DNA of 64,000 bases from Bacteroidales bacterium (GCA_038316435.1 JBBQAQ010000005.1:52957-116956), one strand, 5' to 3'; positions 48,980 to 59,754 are shown, counted from the first letter of the stretch. The notes: generated from the letters alone by a model not told the origin. Numbers and translations are program-made.

Positions 48980-49318
48980 ATGCTGAAAATTGAGAATATA
49001 AATGCGATTACTGTAGTTTCTTTTGAGGGAATTAATCGCTTTAATGCAATCATTACAGAAGCTGTTAAAGAAGAAATGAAAGCTCTTTTTTCTGCGCCTA
49101 ATACCAGACTTGTTTTGGATCTTTCAGGTATTCAATTTATCGACAGTTCTGGTTTTGGCGTATTCCTCTCCATCATGAAAACAGCCAATAATAATTATGG
49201 GTATTTCAAAATCAGCAATATAACGGAAGAGGTGATGGATCTTTTTAAACTACTTCAGCTTCACAATGTATTCGAAATATACAACACACGGGAAGACGCA
49301 CTAAAAAGTTTTGAATAG
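48980..49318 (+). CDS. STAS anti-anti-sigma factor
   Basis: LDLSGIQFIDSSGFG phospho-Ser motif. Confidence 0.9.
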   Translation: MLKIENINAITVVSFEGINRFNAIITEAVKEEMKALFSAPNTRLVLDLSGIQFIDSSGFGVFLSIMKTANNNYGYFKISNITEEVMDLFKLLQLHNVFEIYNTREDALKSFE

Positions 49319-49375
49319 TGTTTTAGTTTTTCCTTAATAAATTCATTTCAAATGTGCGCATTCATAAACTCATAA

Positions 49376-51988
49376 TTATAGGGGAGGCAAAGTTGAATCG
49401 TTAGAAAATTCCAGTTTACCGCCTGTAGCATCGATTATTACAGGTTTATCACGGTTAACCATATTCTGCAAAATTATTTTGGATAACTCATTTAGTAAAT
49501 ATTTCTGAATTATCCTTTTAACTGGACGTGCACCAAATTGCGGATCGTATCCTTTTTCTGCAAGCCATTCCAGTCCAGCAGTGGAAATTCTTATTTCAAT
49601 TCCTTTTTCTAATAGCTGATTTCTGAGCTTGTCAAACTGCAATTCTACAATTTGTCGAATTTGAACACGATTCAAAGGTTTAAACATAATGACTTCATCA
49701 ATCCTATTTAAAAATTCAGGAGGAACTGTTTTGCGTAACTGTGTAAAAATTTCGTTTTTAGTACTTTCAAATACTTCATCTTTTGCTGAATCGTCTATAT
49801 TTTCAAGGTTTTCACGAATTATAGAAGATCCCAAATTTGATGTCATAATAATTATAGTGTTTCTGAAATTTGCCGTTCGACCTTTATTATCAGTAAGTCG
49901 ACCTTCATCAAGGACTTGAAGCAAAATATTAAATACATCAGGATGGGCTTTTTCAATTTCATCAAGCAGGATTACAGAATATGGTTTTCTTCTTACAGCT
50001 TCGGTAAGTTGGCCACCCTCATCGTAACCAACATATCCAGGAGGCGCACCAATTAAGCGGGAAACGCTATGTCTTTCCTGATATTCTGACATATCAATTC
50101 GAGTCAGAAGGCTTTCATCATCAAACAGAAACTCTGCCAGAGCCTTTGCCAGTTCCGTTTTTCCGACACCTGTTGTTCCAAGGAAAATAAATGAACCCAC
50201 AGGTCGTTTTGAATCCTGTAATCCGGCTCTGCTCCTTCTTACTGCATCGGATACAGCTTCAATTGCTTCATCTTGCCCGATTACTCGTTTATGCAATTGT
50301 GCTTCCAGATGAATCAGTTTTTCCTTCTCACTCTGAAGCATTTTATTGACAGGAATTCCTGTCCATTTTGAAACAATTTCTGCAATATCTTCCTCACCAA
50401 CTTCCTCTCGTATCATAGGATTTTCGGCCTGTTGCTTCAGAAGAGTCTCGTTAAGGCTATTAATCCTAGCTTCTGATTCCTGAATTTTTCCATAACGAAG
50501 TTCAGCCACTTTTCCGTAATCGCCAGATCTTTCGGCTTCATGGGCCTGAAACTTGTAATTTTCAATTGCTTCCTTTTCCTTTTGAATTTCAGAGATTGTA
50601 GACTTTTCAGTTTCCCACTTTGCTCTTTGCTTATTTCTTTCTTCTGAAAGGTTTGCTATTTGGGATTCAATACCGCGTATCCGGCCAGTTTCCCCATCCC
50701 GCTTAACAGCTTCCTTTTCAATCTCCAGTTGTTTTATTTTCCTTTCGATTTCATCAATTTCTTCAGGCAGACTATTCATTTCAATTCGGAGTCTGGCTGC
50801 AGCTTCATCTATTAGATCAATTGCCTTATCAGGTAAAAAACGGTCTGTGATATATCGGGTTGAGAGCTGAACTGCTGCAATTATTGCCTCGTCACGAATT
50901 CTTACCTTATGATAGTTTTCGTACTTTTCCTTCAATCCCCTTAAAATTGAAATAGAGCTCAATTCATCAGGTTCGTCAACCATAACAATCTGGAAACGTC
51001 TTTCAAGAGCCTTATCTTTTTCAAAATATTTCTGGTATTCGCTAAGCGTTGTTGCCCCAATTGCTCTCAATTCACCGCGAGCAAGCGCTGGTTTCAAAAT
51101 ATTTGCAGCATCCATTGCGCCTTCCGATTTTCCAGCCCCTACCAGTGTATGAATTTCATCGATAAATAAAATAATATTGCCATCAGAACCAATTACTTCG
51201 TTTACAACTGCTTTAAGTCGTTCTTCGAATTCGCCTTTATATTTTGCTCCGGCAATGAGAGCTCCCATATCAAGGGAGAAAACTAGCTTATCTTTAAGAT
51301 TATCAGGAACATCACCTTCCACTATTCTCTGTGCAAGGCCTTCTGCAATTGCGGTTTTTCCAACACCAGGTTCACCAATCAGAATTGGGTTATTTTTTGT
51401 TCTTCGGCTAAGTATCTGCAGAATTCTTCTAATTTCGTCATCTCTTCCGATGACCGGATCAAGTTTCCCTTCTCTTGCCTTTTCAATTAGATTTACAGCA
51501 TATCGGGAAAGCGAATTATAGGTATCTTCTGCATTCTGAGACTTTACTTTCTCACCCTTTCTTAGCTCTTCGATTATTTTTTTTAGTTGTTTCTCGTTTA
51601 ATCCGTTATCTTTTAGCATCTGTGAAACATCATCACCAGCAGCCAATATACCAAGCAACAGATGTTCAATTGACACATATTCATCGCCCATCGATTTCGC
51701 TTGAATTTCTGCTTTGGTGATACTGCGGGTTGCCGCATTTGAAAGAAACCCATCACCTCCTCCTGAAACTTTTGGACATGAATTGATAATCTTGTCAACA
51801 ACTGCCATTACAGTAGTTTGGGCAATACCTGCCTTTCCAAAAATGAAAGAAATTAAGTCAGAAGCTTTTTCATAAATAGCTTTTAAAAGATGGGCATTTT
51901 CTACCGATTGATTTTCGTTTGCGGCGGCAATCGAAAAAGCCAGTTGCAAAACCTCCTGTGACTTTATTGTTAGATTATTGTAATTCAT
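49376..51988 (-). CDS. clpB: ATP-dependent chaperone ClpB
   Basis: Two AAA+ domains ([16 protein letters not shown]), M-domain AELRYG, PPGYVGY. Confidence 0.97.
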   Translation of the reverse strand: MNYNNLTIKSQEVLQLAFSIAAANENQSVENAHLLKAIYEKASDLISFIFGKAGIAQTTVMAVVDKIINSCPKVSGGGDGFLSNAATRSITKAEIQAKSMGDEYVSIEHLLLGILAAGDDVSQMLKDNGLNEKQLKKIIEELRKGEKVKSQNAEDTYNSLSRYAVNLIEKAREGKLDPVIGRDDEIRRILQILSRRTKNNPILIGEPGVGKTAIAEGLAQRIVEGDVPDNLKDKLVFSLDMGALIAGAKYKGEFEERLKAVVNEVIGSDGNIILFIDEIHTLVGAGKSEGAMDAANILKPALARGELRAIGATTLSEYQKYFEKDKALERRFQIVMVDEPDELSSISILRGLKEKYENYHKVRIRDEAIIAAVQLSTRYITDRFLPDKAIDLIDEAAARLRIEMNSLPEEIDEIERKIKQLEIEKEAVKRDGETGRIRGIESQIANLSEERNKQRAKWETEKSTISEIQKEKEAIENYKFQAHEAERSGDYGKVAELRYGKIQESEARINSLNETLLKQQAENPMIREEVGEEDIAEIVSKWTGIPVNKMLQSEKEKLIHLEAQLHKRVIGQDEAIEAVSDAVRRSRAGLQDSKRPVGSFIFLGTTGVGKTELAKALAEFLFDDESLLTRIDMSEYQERHSVSRLIGAPPGYVGYDEGGQLTEAVRRKPYSVILLDEIEKAHPDVFNILLQVLDEGRLTDNKGRTANFRNTIIIMTSNLGSSIIRENLENIDDSAKDEVFESTKNEIFTQLRKTVPPEFLNRIDEVIMFKPLNRVQIRQIVELQFDKLRNQLLEKGIEIRISTAGLEWLAEKGYDPQFGARPVKRIIQKYLLNELSKIILQNMVNRDKPVIIDATGGKLEFSNDSTLPPL

Positions 51989-52015
51989 TTTTGTTATTTT
52001 TTCATATTAAGTGCT

Positions 52016-52066
52016 TCAAATCTGCGACCAAACTTGAATTATCAGGATTTTTATGTCACTATGTCA
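52016..52066 (-). promoter_or_regulatory. Possible sigma-54-like promoter and TGACATA direct repeat upstream of clpB
   Basis: TGG-N8-TTGA with -24/-12 spacing; TATGTCA twice at 52052 and 52060. Confidence 0.35.
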
Positions 52067-52150
52067 TTTTCATGATAATGTTTTTCTAAATTTGTGTCCC
52101 ATGAAAATGAATTCATAATAAAAATAAAGTTAACCATAATTAATAAACCC

Positions 52151-52621
52151 ATGAAAAAAGTTTTTTTTATCCTAATTACTATCAGTACACTTGTAGCGTG
52201 CAAAAATTCAGGCCAAACCCAACAAACAAGCGATACTATATCTCAGGATAGTGTTGCAATTCTTAATGTTGATGCATTTTTGTCGAATCCTGCTACTTAT
52301 GTAAATCGTGAAGTGGTTGTAACTGGAATGGTTGCACATATCTGTAAGCATGGTGGACAAAAATTATTTTTACTTGGTACGGATCCTGAAAAATTCTTAA
52401 GAGTAAATACAGGAACCGGAATCGCCGAATTTCCTGTTTCACTTGAAGGAAGTAACATTGAAGTTTCAGGCATAGTAACTGAGTTTGAACTCGAAGCTGC
52501 TGAACCTGATACAACTAAATTGGAAGGTGGGCATGAAAATGATTCAACTGGTCAGGAACAGCTATACCATAAAGATAACTTCTATGTAATTGTTGCTGAG
52601 AATTATGTTGTAAAAGAATAA
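52151..52621 (+). CDS. Lipoprotein with a probable OB-fold
   Basis: MKKVFF...LVAC lipobox, VTGMVAHICKHGG. Confidence 0.75.
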   Translation: MKKVFFILITISTLVACKNSGQTQQTSDTISQDSVAILNVDAFLSNPATYVNREVVVTGMVAHICKHGGQKLFLLGTDPEKFLRVNTGTGIAEFPVSLEGSNIEVSGIVTEFELEAAEPDTTKLEGGHENDSTGQEQLYHKDNFYVIVAENYVVKE

Positions 52622-52678
52622 ACCAACGCTTTTGTAAAATTCAGCGCTTTCGCACCCACAATTAACACTGATTTCAGG

Positions 52679-53242
52679 ATGAAATGGAGCAAAATTAACC
52701 GGGTTCTGCATAGGGACTTTGGTTATTTCTTTTTTGGTATGACAATAATTTATGGGGTTTCAGGAATTGTTCTCAATCACAGAAATAGTGGCGGAGATGC
52801 AAGTGTTATAAGAAGATCTCAGGCATTTACAATGGATGCTCCAATAAATAAGGAGAAAGTAACCAAACAATATGTTTTGCAGTTGCTGAGCGATCTGGAA
52901 GAGCCCGATTTTAAACAGTTTTATTTCCCTTCCGATCAGGAAGTTATGATCTACCTAAATGGAGGACATGTTACACTTAACCTGAATAATGGAGAAGGGA
53001 ATATAGTTAAAGTGAGGAACCGTCCTGTTTTCAGAGAATTTAATTTTCTACATTACAACAAACCCAAACAATTGTGGACGTGGTTTTCAGATTTCTTTGC
53101 TGGCTCAATGATCCTTATTGCAATTACCGGATTGTTGATTTTAAAGGGAAAAAATGGAATCAGACAGAGAGGAGCTATTCTTGCAGGTGTTGGAATTATT
53201 ATTCCTTTGGTTTTTTTGATTTTTTATCTCTGGACTAACTAA
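52679..53242 (+). CDS. PepSY-associated TM-helix protein
   Basis: LHRDFGY, SGIVLNH, FNFLH, three TMs. Confidence 0.85.
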   Translation: MKWSKINRVLHRDFGYFFFGMTIIYGVSGIVLNHRNSGGDASVIRRSQAFTMDAPINKEKVTKQYVLQLLSDLEEPDFKQFYFPSDQEVMIYLNGGHVTLNLNNGEGNIVKVRNRPVFREFNFLHYNKPKQLWTWFSDFFAGSMILIAITGLLILKGKNGIRQRGAILAGVGIIIPLVFLIFYLWTN

Positions 53243-53486
53243 AATCGCTTTTCAAGTTAAAGTTATATTTCCTTGTGTAAATATTTCGTCGGATATCTGA
53301 ATTATTCTTATATTCGGATGTTATATTTTCTGGTTAACGGTTTGTTGCATATTAGAATGTGAAATACCCAATGAAATATAGGATTCCTTAATACTTATTA
53401 TTCGGGTTTATCACTTCCTAAAATGGATTCACTCATTTCAGAAACTATGTGTTTTCGTTAAATTTTATCTTAAAAGAAAAATAATT

Positions 53487-56400
53487 ATGAGTGAACAGAT
53501 TTTAAAAGCACTCATGCAGCTCTTCGCAATTATTGCAAGGCCTGAGAGTAACACAGAAGACAGAAGGACCGTTGTAGAATCGTTCCTGAAAAGGCAATTA
53601 AACCAGGAGTTGGTTGCCGAATATCTGAAGGTGTTCGATGAGTTTTATAGCGTAAATCAGGAAAAGCAAAAAGAATCTGATCATAGACGAAGACGAATTT
53701 CTGCAAGCTCGGTTAAGGTTTTAAAAATATGCTCTGAAATAAATGAAGAGCTGGCGCAAGCACAGAAAATAATCGTACTCATTCAACTACTGGAATTTGT
53801 TAAATCGGATAATGCAGTAATTACAGATCAGGAAATGGAATTCCTGAATACTGTTGCAGAAAGTTTCTTTATTCCCGTTGAGGAATATAGAAGAATGCAG
53901 GCATTTATTCATTTTTCGTTCGAACAACTTCCTGATGATGATGAAATTATGATTATTGACGGCAAGGAAGATGCCGAATATGAAAAATTAAAAATAAAAC
54001 ATGTAAAGGTTGATGCACTTCAAGGACAAATTCGTGTTCTGAATATTCAAATGGCAAATCTCTATTTTATCCGTTATATAGGGCATAATGAGATTTACAT
54101 GAATGGTCAGATGGTTGAAAGAGATAAGGTGTATCCCTTTAATTACGGCTCATCCATCAGAAATCAGCAGATCAAACCCATTTATTACAGTGATGTAGTA
54201 AACCGGTATGCCGAGGATAAAATCAAATCCAAAATAGTATTTGCAGTTCGAAATGTTGAATACAAGTTCAAAAATGGAAAACTTGGTTTGCATGACATTA
54301 GTTTTACTGAGTATTCAGGTAGTCTGGTTGGTATTATGGGTGCCAGCGGTGCAGGAAAATCTACTCTCCTGAATGTTCTGAATGGGTCAACACCGCCAAC
54401 TGGAGGCTCAGTTAAAATTAATGATGTTAGCATCCATACACAAAAGGATCAGATTGAAGGTATTATAGGACACGTATCCCAGGACGACCTGCTAATTGAA
54501 GAATTGTCTGTATTTCAGAATCTCTATTATAATGCAAAACTTTGTTTTGATAATTACACTGAAGAACAACTGGAAAGCACAGTTGATAAAGTATTAAAGA
54601 ATCTTGGCCTTTTTGAAATTAAAGATGTGCAGGTTGGTTCCCCATTGAATAAAAAAATCAGTGGTGGACAACGAAAACGTCTAAATATTGCACTTGAACT
54701 AATACGAGAACCAGCCGTCCTTTTTCTGGATGAGCCTACTTCAGGATTATCTAGCCGAGATAGTGAGAATATCCTCGACCTTTTAAAGGAGCTTTCGCTT
54801 AAGGGTAAACTAGTGTTTGTTGTAATCCATCAACCTTCGTCAGATATCTTTAAAATGTTCGATAAACTTCTGATACTTGATACAGGAGGTTACCTTATAT
54901 ATAATGGAAATCCAGTTGACTCAATAGTTTACTTTAAATCCAGAGTTCATCACGCAAACTGGAATGAGAGCGAGTGTCACACCTGCGGGAATGTAAATCC
55001 GGAACAGGTTTTCAATATTGTTGAATCCTCTGTACTGGATGAGTATGGAAAACTTACCGAAACGCGAAAAATAAGTCCAACGGAATGGAGTGAATTCTAT
55101 GGACAAAATAAGCCTACCGATGCTGAAATACATGCGGGAAAAGACGAACTCCCTGAAATATCTTTCAAGGTTCCTGGTAAACTTAAACAATTCTGGGTTT
55201 TTGTTTCACGGGATGTGCTTAAAAAACTAAGTGATACCCAGTATTTGGCAATAAACTTCCTTGAAGCACCTATTCTGGCATCACTTCTGGCATATATAAT
55301 AAAATATTTTAGTGTTGACGTAGCCAATGAATACGGCTATACGCTCTCTGGTAACAGTAACTTACCTGTTTACCTTTTTATGTCGGTCATTGTTGCGATT
55401 TTCATGGGATTAACTGTTAGTGCTGAAGAAATTATAAAAGATAGGAAGATATTAAAAAGGGAAGCCTTCCTTAATCTTAGCTGGTCGGGATATCTTATGT
55501 CGAAGGTTTTTGTACAATTTTCTCTTTCAGCTATTCAGGCTGCAACATTTGTACTAATCGGAAACACAATAATGGAAATCAGAGGGATGTATTTCGAATA
55601 CTGGCTTGTACTTTTCAGCGCCTGGGCAAGTTCGAATATTTTGGGTTTGGTTATTTCCGATAGTTTCAAAACAGTTGTTACAATTTATATTCTTATTCCT
55701 TTTCTTGTAATTCCTCAGATTATTTTAAGCGGGATTATTGTAAAGTTTGAAAAGCTGAATCCAAAGATATCCAGTCCAGAATCTATTCCCATTTATGGTG
55801 AGATCATTACGGCACGGTGGGCTTATGAAGCTCTGGCAACATACCAGTTCATGGAAAATGATTATCAGAAGAAATACTACGAAATTGATAAGTTAAGCAG
55901 TAATGCCAGTTTTAAAGAATCGTTTCTGATAAATGATTTGAATAATAAGATCGCCTTCGTGGAAAACAATCTCGGAAATCCAATGAAAGCAGAAAAGATA
56001 GGCTATAACCTTGATCTGGTAAGGAATGAGATTATCAAGGAAATGGCTTATCGTAAGGTGTTGAAGAAAGAGTTCAAGGGAACTTCAGAAGTAGTTTTTC
56101 CTAATCCGGAGAGACTGACTATGGAAAAAATTGATAAGGAAGTTCTTAACGAAACTACTAAATATTTGGCAACTGTAAGGAAATTCTATTCTGAACTCTT
56201 TAAATTTCTTTATAATAAGAAGAATGAAATAAAGATGAAGGAGAATCAGGATGAAACAAGTGCCCTGAAACGAAAATATTATAATGAGAGTCTAGATGAA
56301 TTCGTCACCAATAAGAATGAGTACGAACGGATTGTTGAGTACAAAGGAAAACTTATCCAAAAGGTAGATCCTATCTATCTGGATCCTGTAAAACCTTTTA

Positions 56401-56582
56401 TAAAATCTCACTTCTATGCACCTCGCAAAATGATCCTTGGAAATTACTATAAAACTTTCTGGGTAAATCTAATGGTTATATGGGTGAGTATTATTATGGC
56501 GTATGTTGCATTGTATTACCGCCTATTGAAAAAGCTTCTGGATTTCTTTGAGAATCTTGAATTTGGAAAAAAAGGTAAGTAG
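53487..56582 (+). CDS. Fused ABCG-type transporter (N-terminal TerB-like region, NBD, ABC2 membrane domain)
   Basis: GASGAGKST, ISGGQRKR, FLDEPTSGL, VIHQPS, SAEEIIKDR, ARWAYEAL. Confidence 0.9.
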   Translation: MSEQILKALMQLFAIIARPESNTEDRRTVVESFLKRQLNQELVAEYLKVFDEFYSVNQEKQKESDHRRRRISASSVKVLKICSEINEELAQAQKIIVLIQLLEFVKSDNAVITDQEMEFLNTVAESFFIPVEEYRRMQAFIHFSFEQLPDDDEIMIIDGKEDAEYEKLKIKHVKVDALQGQIRVLNIQMANLYFIRYIGHNEIYMNGQMVERDKVYPFNYGSSIRNQQIKPIYYSDVVNRYAEDKIKSKIVFAVRNVEYKFKNGKLGLHDISFTEYSGSLVGIMGASGAGKSTLLNVLNGSTPPTGGSVKINDVSIHTQKDQIEGIIGHVSQDDLLIEELSVFQNLYYNAKLCFDNYTEEQLESTVDKVLKNLGLFEIKDVQVGSPLNKKISGGQRKRLNIALELIREPAVLFLDEPTSGLSSRDSENILDLLKELSLKGKLVFVVIHQPSSDIFKMFDKLLILDTGGYLIYNGNPVDSIVYFKSRVHHANWNESECHTCGNVNPEQVFNIVESSVLDEYGKLTETRKISPTEWSEFYGQNKPTDAEIHAGKDELPEISFKVPGKLKQFWVFVSRDVLKKLSDTQYLAINFLEAPILASLLAYIIKYFSVDVANEYGYTLSGNSNLPVYLFMSVIVAIFMGLTVSAEEIIKDRKILKREAFLNLSWSGYLMSKVFVQFSLSAIQAATFVLIGNTIMEIRGMYFEYWLVLFSAWASSNILGLVISDSFKTVVTIYILIPFLVIPQIILSGIIVKFEKLNPKISSPESIPIYGEIITARWAYEALATYQFMENDYQKKYYEIDKLSSNASFKESFLINDLNNKIAFVENNLGNPMKAEKIGYNLDLVRNEIIKEMAYRKVLKKEFKGTSEVVFPNPERLTMEKIDKEVLNETTKYLATVRKFYSELFKFLYNKKNEIKMKENQDETSALKRKYYNESLDEFVTNKNEYERIVEYKGKLIQKVDPIYLDPVKPFIKSHFYAPRKMILGNYYKTFWVNLMVIWVSIIMAYVALYYRLLKKLLDFFENLEFGKKGK

Positions 56583-56787
56583 CCTTTTTGTTAAATGATT
56601 CATTTTTAATGTTTTCTTATAGTTTTTTATTGGGTTATTATGCCTGCGAAATAAATATCCACAGACATTCGGGGTTTAAACCCCTCATGTTTAATGTCGC
56701 AAAAAACTAAAAATCAGCATGTATTAATGACTTTTTTTGAAAAAATCACAAACTATATTTTACCACATCATCCAATTCGGTTAAAAC

Positions 56788-56822
56788 AAAAAAGAGCGCC
56801 TGTAATAAGCGCTCTTTTCTTT
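56788..56822. terminator. Bidirectional terminator
   Basis: AAAGAGCGC...GCGCTCTTT stem flanked by A and T tracts between convergent genes. Confidence 0.8.
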
Positions 56823-56842
56823 AATAATATCTTCGAATAAAA

Positions 56843-57223
56843 TCACTCAACAATTTCAATCATTTTAAAAGGTACTCTGATGATTGATTCATAATCTTCA
56901 CCAGCTTCCAACATATCCTCATCATCTTCTTCATAATACCAGTTGATGATAACTTCATTTTTACCTTTATGAATAGTTTCTAATTTCTTGAATACATCAA
57001 GAATACATTTTGACGAACTTGTATTGAAATATTCTAATTGAACATTAACCTGAGTAAGATCACGAGGTCCTTTTGCATATTCATCAAGCCAATCAACCAG
57101 TGGTTTATAGAATTCTATTGAGTTTTCAGGAATAGACCTCCCTTTAATTTCAAACACACCATTTGCCGAGTCAAACTTTACTGTAGGGGTTTTTGCTGTT
57201 CCTTCAAATGTAATTGCTTCCAT
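56843..57223 (-). CDS. SiaC-family (DUF1987) protein
   Basis: TPTVKFD, GRSIPEN, EYFNTSSSK, WYYEEDDEDM. Confidence 0.9.
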   Translation of the reverse strand: MEAITFEGTAKTPTVKFDSANGVFEIKGRSIPENSIEFYKPLVDWLDEYAKGPRDLTQVNVQLEYFNTSSSKCILDVFKKLETIHKGKNEVIINWYYEEDDEDMLEAGEDYESIIRVPFKMIEIVE

Positions 57224-57251
57224 ATACTTTACTTTAAATTATTGATTTCTA

Positions 57252-57803
57252 TTATGATACGATTACTTCCATATTAAAGAAGTAATATTCGTTATTGTAA
57301 TTATCGAAACTATATTCCAATTTATTTCCAGTTTTGCGAGCTATATCAACTAAACCAAGACCGCCGCCTCCCTTTGCCGATAATTTCTGATGATTCAGGA
57401 TAAATTTATACATATCCTTTAATTCTTCTTCTGACAAAGAATTGATCTTGTCAATCTTATCTTTAAGAAATTTTATTTTGCTCGAATTGATAAAATTCCC
57501 CGTTGAAATCCTGTAAATATTGTTTTCAACTCTGGAAACAACTAGAACTCCGAATTTCGGATCGAAAGAATCATGCAGTTTGTCCGGTAATTCATCATTA
57601 TGGTGAAAGAGGTTCTGCAAACTCTCAACCAAAACATTGTAAACTTTCTTTCTGACTTTAGCTTGCTCGCTAAGATCGTCAAGTTTAGCTTCAACAACTT
57701 CTAATACATTACTAATCAGATCACTAGTAATGCTGCCCTTGTAGGCCAGAAGTACATCTCCGCTATTTAGTTTAAAGTAATAATCGTTTATATCAAAGCT
57801 CAT
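57252..57803 (-). CDS. SiaB-family GHKL protein kinase
   Basis: LVESLQNLFHH, STGN, GGGGLGLVDIARK; TATATTTG box at 57858-57865. Confidence 0.88.
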   Translation of the reverse strand: MSFDINDYYFKLNSGDVLLAYKGSITSDLISNVLEVVEAKLDDLSEQAKVRKKVYNVLVESLQNLFHHNDELPDKLHDSFDPKFGVLVVSRVENNIYRISTGNFINSSKIKFLKDKIDKINSLSEEELKDMYKFILNHQKLSAKGGGGLGLVDIARKTGNKLEYSFDNYNNEYYFFNMEVIVS

Positions 57804-58066
57804 TGAGGCTTTTTTTTCTATTATAATTCAGCAAAAACTTAAATTGTTATTGCTCAACAAATATATAAAAAATTCTATTTTAACAAACAGGACTAATAGA
57901 ATCAGACTTAAAAAAAAAATATTTCTTAATCAATCAAAATTTAATTCTATGACCTAAAACTACAACAAATAATACTTTATTTAAAATATATTTAAAATTA
58001 CAATTTTATTTTTGGTAAATCCCTTATTTTCATAGAATAAATCGGCATTTAGTACTACTAAATATC

Positions 58067-59233
58067 TTAATTCTCTGACAAAGGAGTTTCACTTTTATGC
58101 TTTTTTGAACCTGAATAAATGCTGAATTTCTGAAATTTACATTTTATGCTGCCATTTATCAGCTCAATTTTCTTTTCAGGTCTTAATCCAAAAAATTTCA
58201 ATGCCTCGGGATTACCACTTAGTACCCATGCATCGCAGCCCGTGAAATTTTTCTTCAGGGTATCTCCAATCCCTTTATAAAACTGATTGATTTCAGTCTC
58301 TTTCAATCGCTCTCCATATGGAGGGTTCATCATAACCAGCCCTCCTTCAGATGGTGGTATAAGATCTTTGAAGTCAACCTTTTGCACCTGAATAAATTCT
58401 TCCAGAAGAGCTTTTTTAACATTATTTTGAGTTAATTCAATAGCATCTGCAGAAATATCTGAAGCGAAAATTCCAGCTTTCATCTCAACAGGATTAAGCA
58501 TTGTTTCCATTAGTCGTTTAAAAAGAATTTCATCGTAATCTTTCCAGTTCATAAAACCGAATTTTTCACGAAAAATCCCAGGAGGAATTTTCTTACCAAT
58601 TAGTGCAGCTTCAATTGAAAGAGTACCTGACCCGCACATTGGGTCAATAAAATTTGTACTTCCATCCCAGCCTGTCATCATAATCATCGCGGCAGCAAGT
58701 ACTTCGTTGAGTGGAGCAGCGTATTGAGCAGTGCGGTATCCTCTTTTAAAAAGGGGCTCACCTGAACTATCCAGCGACACATCAGCCCTGTCATTAGAGA
58801 TGTGAATATTAATAGTTATATCAGGATCGTTTGTATTAACAGAGGGTCTGAGGTTTGTAAGCTTCCGAAAGCGATCAGCGATTGCATCCTTTGTTTTTTG
58901 TGAAACGAAGAGACTATGGCGGAACTGGGGAGAGCTTACTGAAGAATTAACCATAAAAGATTCTTTGACAGAGAAATGATCCTCCCACTTCATAGCAAAA
59001 ATTGCATCATACAGGGACTCTTCATCAGTAACTCGGAAACTTTTCAAATTCTTCAAAACCCGCATGGCTGTTCTGGAGCCAATATTAACCTTATATAAAA
59101 TTGCCTGACTCCCGCTAAAACTTACTGCCCTGTGGAGTAATCTTACATTCTGAGCTCCAAGTTCACGAAGTTCTGAGGCAAGAATCTCCTCAAGACCAAA
59201 CATGGTTGTAGCTATAAATTCATTTTCTTTCAT
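58067..59233 (-). CDS. THUMP-domain RNA methyltransferase (RlmL-like)
   Basis: FGLEEIL, LFKRGYR, APLNE, DPMCGSGT, NPPYGER. Confidence 0.9.
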   Translation of the reverse strand: MKENEFIATTMFGLEEILASELRELGAQNVRLLHRAVSFSGSQAILYKVNIGSRTAMRVLKNLKSFRVTDEESLYDAIFAMKWEDHFSVKESFMVNSSVSSPQFRHSLFVSQKTKDAIADRFRKLTNLRPSVNTNDPDITINIHISNDRADVSLDSSGEPLFKRGYRTAQYAAPLNEVLAAAMIMMTGWDGSTNFIDPMCGSGTLSIEAALIGKKIPPGIFREKFGFMNWKDYDEILFKRLMETMLNPVEMKAGIFASDISADAIELTQNNVKKALLEEFIQVQKVDFKDLIPPSEGGLVMMNPPYGERLKETEINQFYKGIGDTLKKNFTGCDAWVLSGNPEALKFFGLRPEKKIELINGSIKCKFQKFSIYSGSKKHKSETPLSEN

Positions 59234-59754
59234 TATTTTAAATTGAAATGCTTTTGCACCAAAAGTAAAGCATTATTATTGCGTATGTCTCCAATTCCAC
59301 TTATCATGGTATATTCACTTCCTGTTTTCTTAATTTCTTCAATATACCGGAGCATCAGATAATCTCGTTTTTCACCGCCATTCTCTCTTAATGGATCCGG
59401 GACCCATGGTATATCTGGTTTACAGATTAAAAAAAGATCAATTTTATGCTTTGATATTTCTGAATCCAGCCAATCAGGACATGTATTAAAAACCTCCAAA
59501 AACCATACTTTTGTTATAATTAGCCAGGTGTCTAGGATCAAAAAACTTACACTATTCTTCTCTGCTTCTACTCTTTGTGCTATCTGATTTTCAGCAATGA
59601 GCACAAGGTCGGAATAATTATAAGGTCTATCAAGACCTGACACATAATCTCTTGCAAATTCAGGGATCCAAGGCCATCCTAAGTTTTCGGCAAGGAATGA
59701 TGAAATCACAGTTTTGCCGGTTGATTCAGGACCAGTTACCACAATTGTTTTCAA
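59233..59754 (-). CDS. NadR-type kinase/ATPase (no NMNAT domain)
   Basis: TGPESTGKT, PEFAR, PWVPDPLRE; coupled to pnuC. Confidence 0.88.
   Translation of the reverse strand: MKTIVVTGPESTGKTVISSFLAENLGWPWIPEFARDYVSGLDRPYNYSDLVLIAENQIAQRVEAEKNSVSFLILDTWLIITKVWFLEVFNTCPDWLDSEISKHKIDLFLICKPDIPWVPDPLRENGGEKRDYLMLRYIEEIKKTGSEYTMISGIGDIRNNNALLLVQKHFNLK

Noticed and set aside
53243-53486. Structured leader upstream of the ABC transporter
   Set aside because: Imperfect AT-rich pairing only, not distinguishable from chance
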